Of a stretch of 64,000 nucleotides of DNA, positions 60,501 through 64,000 are shown in pieces (position 1 is the stretch's first letter; the number at the start of each line of letters is the position of its first letter). The stretch is from NCBI GenBank assembly GCA_010909165.1, contig VJWM01000192.1, positions 124,001 to 188,000 on the forward strand, in the 5' to 3' direction. Below the pieces are notes generated by a model. The model was not told the origin of the DNA. It saw only the letters and a program-made list of their open reading frames with translations, and searched no databases. The position numbers and the translations under genes were made by a program. Origin of the DNA: Anthoceros angustus (Eukaryota > Plantae > Anthocerotophyta).

Positions 60501-63500
60501 CACTTTGCCTCCTTTGGATGCACGGCGGCTGCACAACCCTAGATTGGTTCATCATTCCAAAATCCTAATTCTATCTAAACTACCTATTTTCCTATCACTA
60601 TCTCCTAATTAACGCTTCTAATTACTCTATATATTTATTCCCTATTGGTGAGCATATATAGTGGATATCCCCTCTATTCTAAATTTCCTTTTAGCGAGAT
60701 TGTCGACCTACCGGCGTGTGTGGCGACCTACCGCGGTAGTCGCTTCCTTCTCGACCTACCGGCGTGGTGTGGCGACCTACGGTGATGCGACCTACCAACC
60801 TTTGGCCCTCACGCGCCGTCGGCGTTTCGACCCGTTCTTCTTCCGGATATCCTTTTCACTTTCCTAACAATATTATACAACTCCAGCTTCAAGATTCTCA
60901 GAAATTTTCTTGGCATGTTCCTCTTCAATCGGTCTTAGCCGAAAAAAATCAAACTTGTTCGTCCTTTGGCCAGTTTGGACTGGTTGCCCAAACTTTTACG
61001 TTCCACATACTCCCCACCTCACCTGTTTGCGTCCTCGCAAACAACAGGTACCTCGGGCTGGAGGTACTTCTTGACCTTCCACCCATTGACTAATGGCGGT
61101 ATTCGCCGCCCCGAGTTGCGGATCCATTCTCGTATCTGCGACCACCTCGTAAGGTCCCATCCATCTCACTAAGCTTCCTGGAAAGTCTAGGTACCGACTA
61201 TCATATAGAAGAACCAAATCCCGTCCACGATAGTCTCTTGCTTCCTCAACCTCCCATCATGCGATCTTTTACGAGTTCACGAATCCATGTTTCTTCTAAA
61301 GCATCCTCCCTATGCTCCTCACTGCTATGAAGCTTCTAACCTAGCTACGACTATCCTCTACGGTCATCGTTCATCCTCCATGATCCTGTAGGTAGGTACT
61401 TCAAATTCCACGGGCATCACGGAGACATGCCATATGTTAGATAATAAGGGTCTTCTTTGGTGGTTACCTTCTCCATGATCCTGTAGGCCCACAATGCGAA
61501 TGCAACTTAGCATCCCAATCATACATGTGCGTCACGATTACCTTGGTGAGGATTGTGCGAGCAACCCATTCGTCTTCTCCGTCTTTTCTTGGGTCTCCTT
61601 TCTCGATGGGCGCCGCGCTCGCCTCGCTCCCGGCTTGCTGGCGATGGCGATGGCGGCTTTCCTTCCTCTGCGTCTTACGCTCCAACTCCAGCTCTCGTTC
61701 TAGCTCTTCGAAGTGGAGGCGGTCCAAAGCGCACTTTGCCTCCTTTGGATGTACGCGGCACAACCCTAGATTGGTTCATCATTCCAAAATCCTAATTCTA
61801 TCTAAACTACCTATTTTCCTATCTGCTCTATCCTAATTAACCTTCTAATTACTCTATATTTATTCCCTATTGGTGAGCATATATAGTGGATATCCTCTAT
61901 TCTAAATTTCCTTTTAGCGAGATTGTCGACCTACCACGGTGATACGCTTACCATGATGATCCCCTTCTCGACCTACCGGCGTGGTGTGGCGACCTACGGT
62001 GATGCGACCTACCAACCTTTGCCCTCACGCGCAAAAGGGTCGTTTGACCCGTTCTTCTTCAGGATATCCTCTTCATCTTCCTAACAATATCCTACAACTC
62101 CGCTTCAAGATTCTCGGAAAATTTCTTGGCATGCTCCTCTTCAATCGTTCTAGCCAAAAAATCAAACTTGTTTGTCTTCGGGCTCTTTTGGGCTGGTTGC
62201 CCAAACTTTTGCGTTCCACATACTCCCCACCTCACCTGTTTGCGTCCTCGCAAACAACAGTACCTCGGGTGAGGTACTTCTTGACCTTCCACCCATTGAC
62301 TCGGTCGGCGATGGCGATGGCGGCTTTCCTTCTCTGCGACCACCTCGTAAGGTCCCATCCATCTCGGCTGAGCTTCCTGGAAAGTCTAGGTACCGACTAT
62401 CATATAGAAGAACCAAATCCCGTCCACGATAGTCTCTTGCTTCCTTAACTTCCCATCATGCGATCTTTTACGAGTTCACGAATCCAGTGTTTCTTCTAAA
62501 GCATCCTCCCTATGCTCCTCCTGTGCTATGAAAGCTTCTAACCTAGCTACCTGACTATCCTCTACAGTCATCCGTTCATCCTCCATGATCCTGTAGGTAG
62601 GTACTTCAAATTCCACGGGCATCACAGGAGACATACCATATGTTAAATAATATGGTGTCTTCTTTGTGGTTATCTTCTCCGCGGTCCTGTAGGCCCACAA
62701 TGCTGAGTGCAACTTAGCATCCCAATCATACATGTGTCCGATTACCTTGGTGAGGATTGTGCGAGCAACCCATTCGTCTTCTCCATCCATTTGCCTTTGG
62801 GTTGTAGGAGTCGTCTTCGATGCGAATGTTGAAGTAGGTGGTTAGGGACTCAACGAGAGTTGAGGAAATGTGTCCCCGGTCGTGACCAACTCTAAAGGAC
62901 ATCCATACCTCGTTATGATGTTCTCGAATAAAAATTTGGCCCTGCGGTCGTCATCCTTCCTTGTGCTTCCACCATCTTTGTACAATAATCCGTAGCCACC
63001 AAAATGTCTTCTTTGTGGTTATCTTCTCCATGATCCTGTAGGCCCACAATGCGAATGCAACTTAGCATCCCAATCATACATGTGTCACGATTACCTTGGT
63101 GAGGATTGTGCGAGCAACCCATTCGTCTTCTCCGTCAATCCATTTGCCTTTGGGTTGTAGTCGTCTTCGATGCGGATGTTGAAGTAGGTGGTTAGGGACT
63201 CGGACCGAGTTGAGGAAATGTGTCCCCGGTCTGACCAACTCTAAAGGACATCCGTACCTCGTTATGATGTTCTCGAATAAAAATTTGGCCCTGCGGTCGT
63301 CATCCTTCCTCGCTTCACTTCCACCATCTTTGTACAATAATCCGTAGCCACCAAAATGTCACTTCTTAGTCCATTGCGTTGGTGGTTTGATCGGTCCTCT
63401 GATCGATTCCCCACTTCTCGAGGTGCGGTGGTAAGATGTAGGTAAGAGGCCATTGTGTCGACAACGTGGCCGTCCAACCCTCGACACGCGTCACACCTCG

Positions 63501-64000
63501 GTGAACTCCACACATCCTTTTGCATCGTAGCCCACGAACCCGCATTCAAAATCTTCTTAACGGTCACTGTGCGAATAGTGTCCACCTCTTACGCATGTAA
63601 TGCCTCCGTGACAGTGAAGCTTCTTAGTCCATTGCGTTGGTGGTTTGATCGGTCCTCTGATCGATCCCCACTTCTCGAAGGTGCGGTGGTAAGATGTAGG
63701 TAAGAGGCCATTGTGTCGACAACGTGGGCCGTCCAACCCTCGACACGCGTCACACCTCGGTGAACTCCCCACATCCTTTTGCATCGTAGCCCACGAATCC
63801 ATTCAAAATCTTCTTAACGGTCACTGTGCGAATAGTGTCCACCGCCTCTTACGCATGTAATGCCTCGTGACAGTGAAGCTTCTTCAGCGTCGAGGCATCT
63901 CGGATCTTTCGTCGGACCTTGTTTATGCAGGACACCGCCCTCAGCGGTGCGAGGCTTTATGGAGAAAGACAGCTCGCCCCTCCTGGACAACCCGCCGGGC
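54559..64000 (-). mobile_element. Second, related Ty3/Gypsy element (3' part: integrase, extra-ORF region, LTR) apparently nested into the first family; runs off the window
   Basis: Homology to 40204-43987 stops at 54556 and a new TG terminus starts at 54559. Integrase motifs at 60900-63900: ATDYCTK, ENIITRYGCPLELV, WDAKLHSALWAYRTA, PVEFEVPT, VLLYDSR, RWMGPYEV. Many stuttered internal duplications. Confidence 0.85.

Noticed and set aside
59900-63890. Mosaic duplications of integrase and 3' segments (also 54740-55890 vs 55965-57060) as a novel element structure
   Set aside because: Short stuttered, indel-rich and chimeric copies are best explained by consensus errors across a multicopy TE; not supportable without reads.

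Overview
Land-plant nuclear DNA, most likely a hornwort (Anthoceros-like). This is inferred from DYW:KP editing factors ending in GRP and DRH, a PGxSWW-type PPR, GC-rich exons and ~80-140-nt introns. The left ~35 kb is gene-dense. It holds four PLS-class PPR organellar RNA-editing genes covering the PG, WW, KP-DRH and KP-GRP C-terminal types, plus TML, mitochondrial KAS, a tyrosine-aminotransferase-family gene, an uncharacterised MGNC-start protein, an AT-rich duplicated bulb-type lectin and an intron-containing RabD/Rab1 pseudogene. The right ~27 kb is a (TTAGTGG)n telomere-like array abutted by stacked, nested Ty3/Gypsy (Athila/Tat-like) retrotransposons with many indels, probably partly assembly noise. 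The top finding is that two editing-factor genes (53..3524 and the intact 31199..34942) carry an N-terminal PDF motif, the ssDNA-binding module of organellar OSB proteins, fused to the PPR array. In the first gene the array ends in a putative U-to-C DYW:KP(GRP) domain. This suggests a DNA/nucleoid-tethered editing-factor class. I cannot confirm novelty without database searches.
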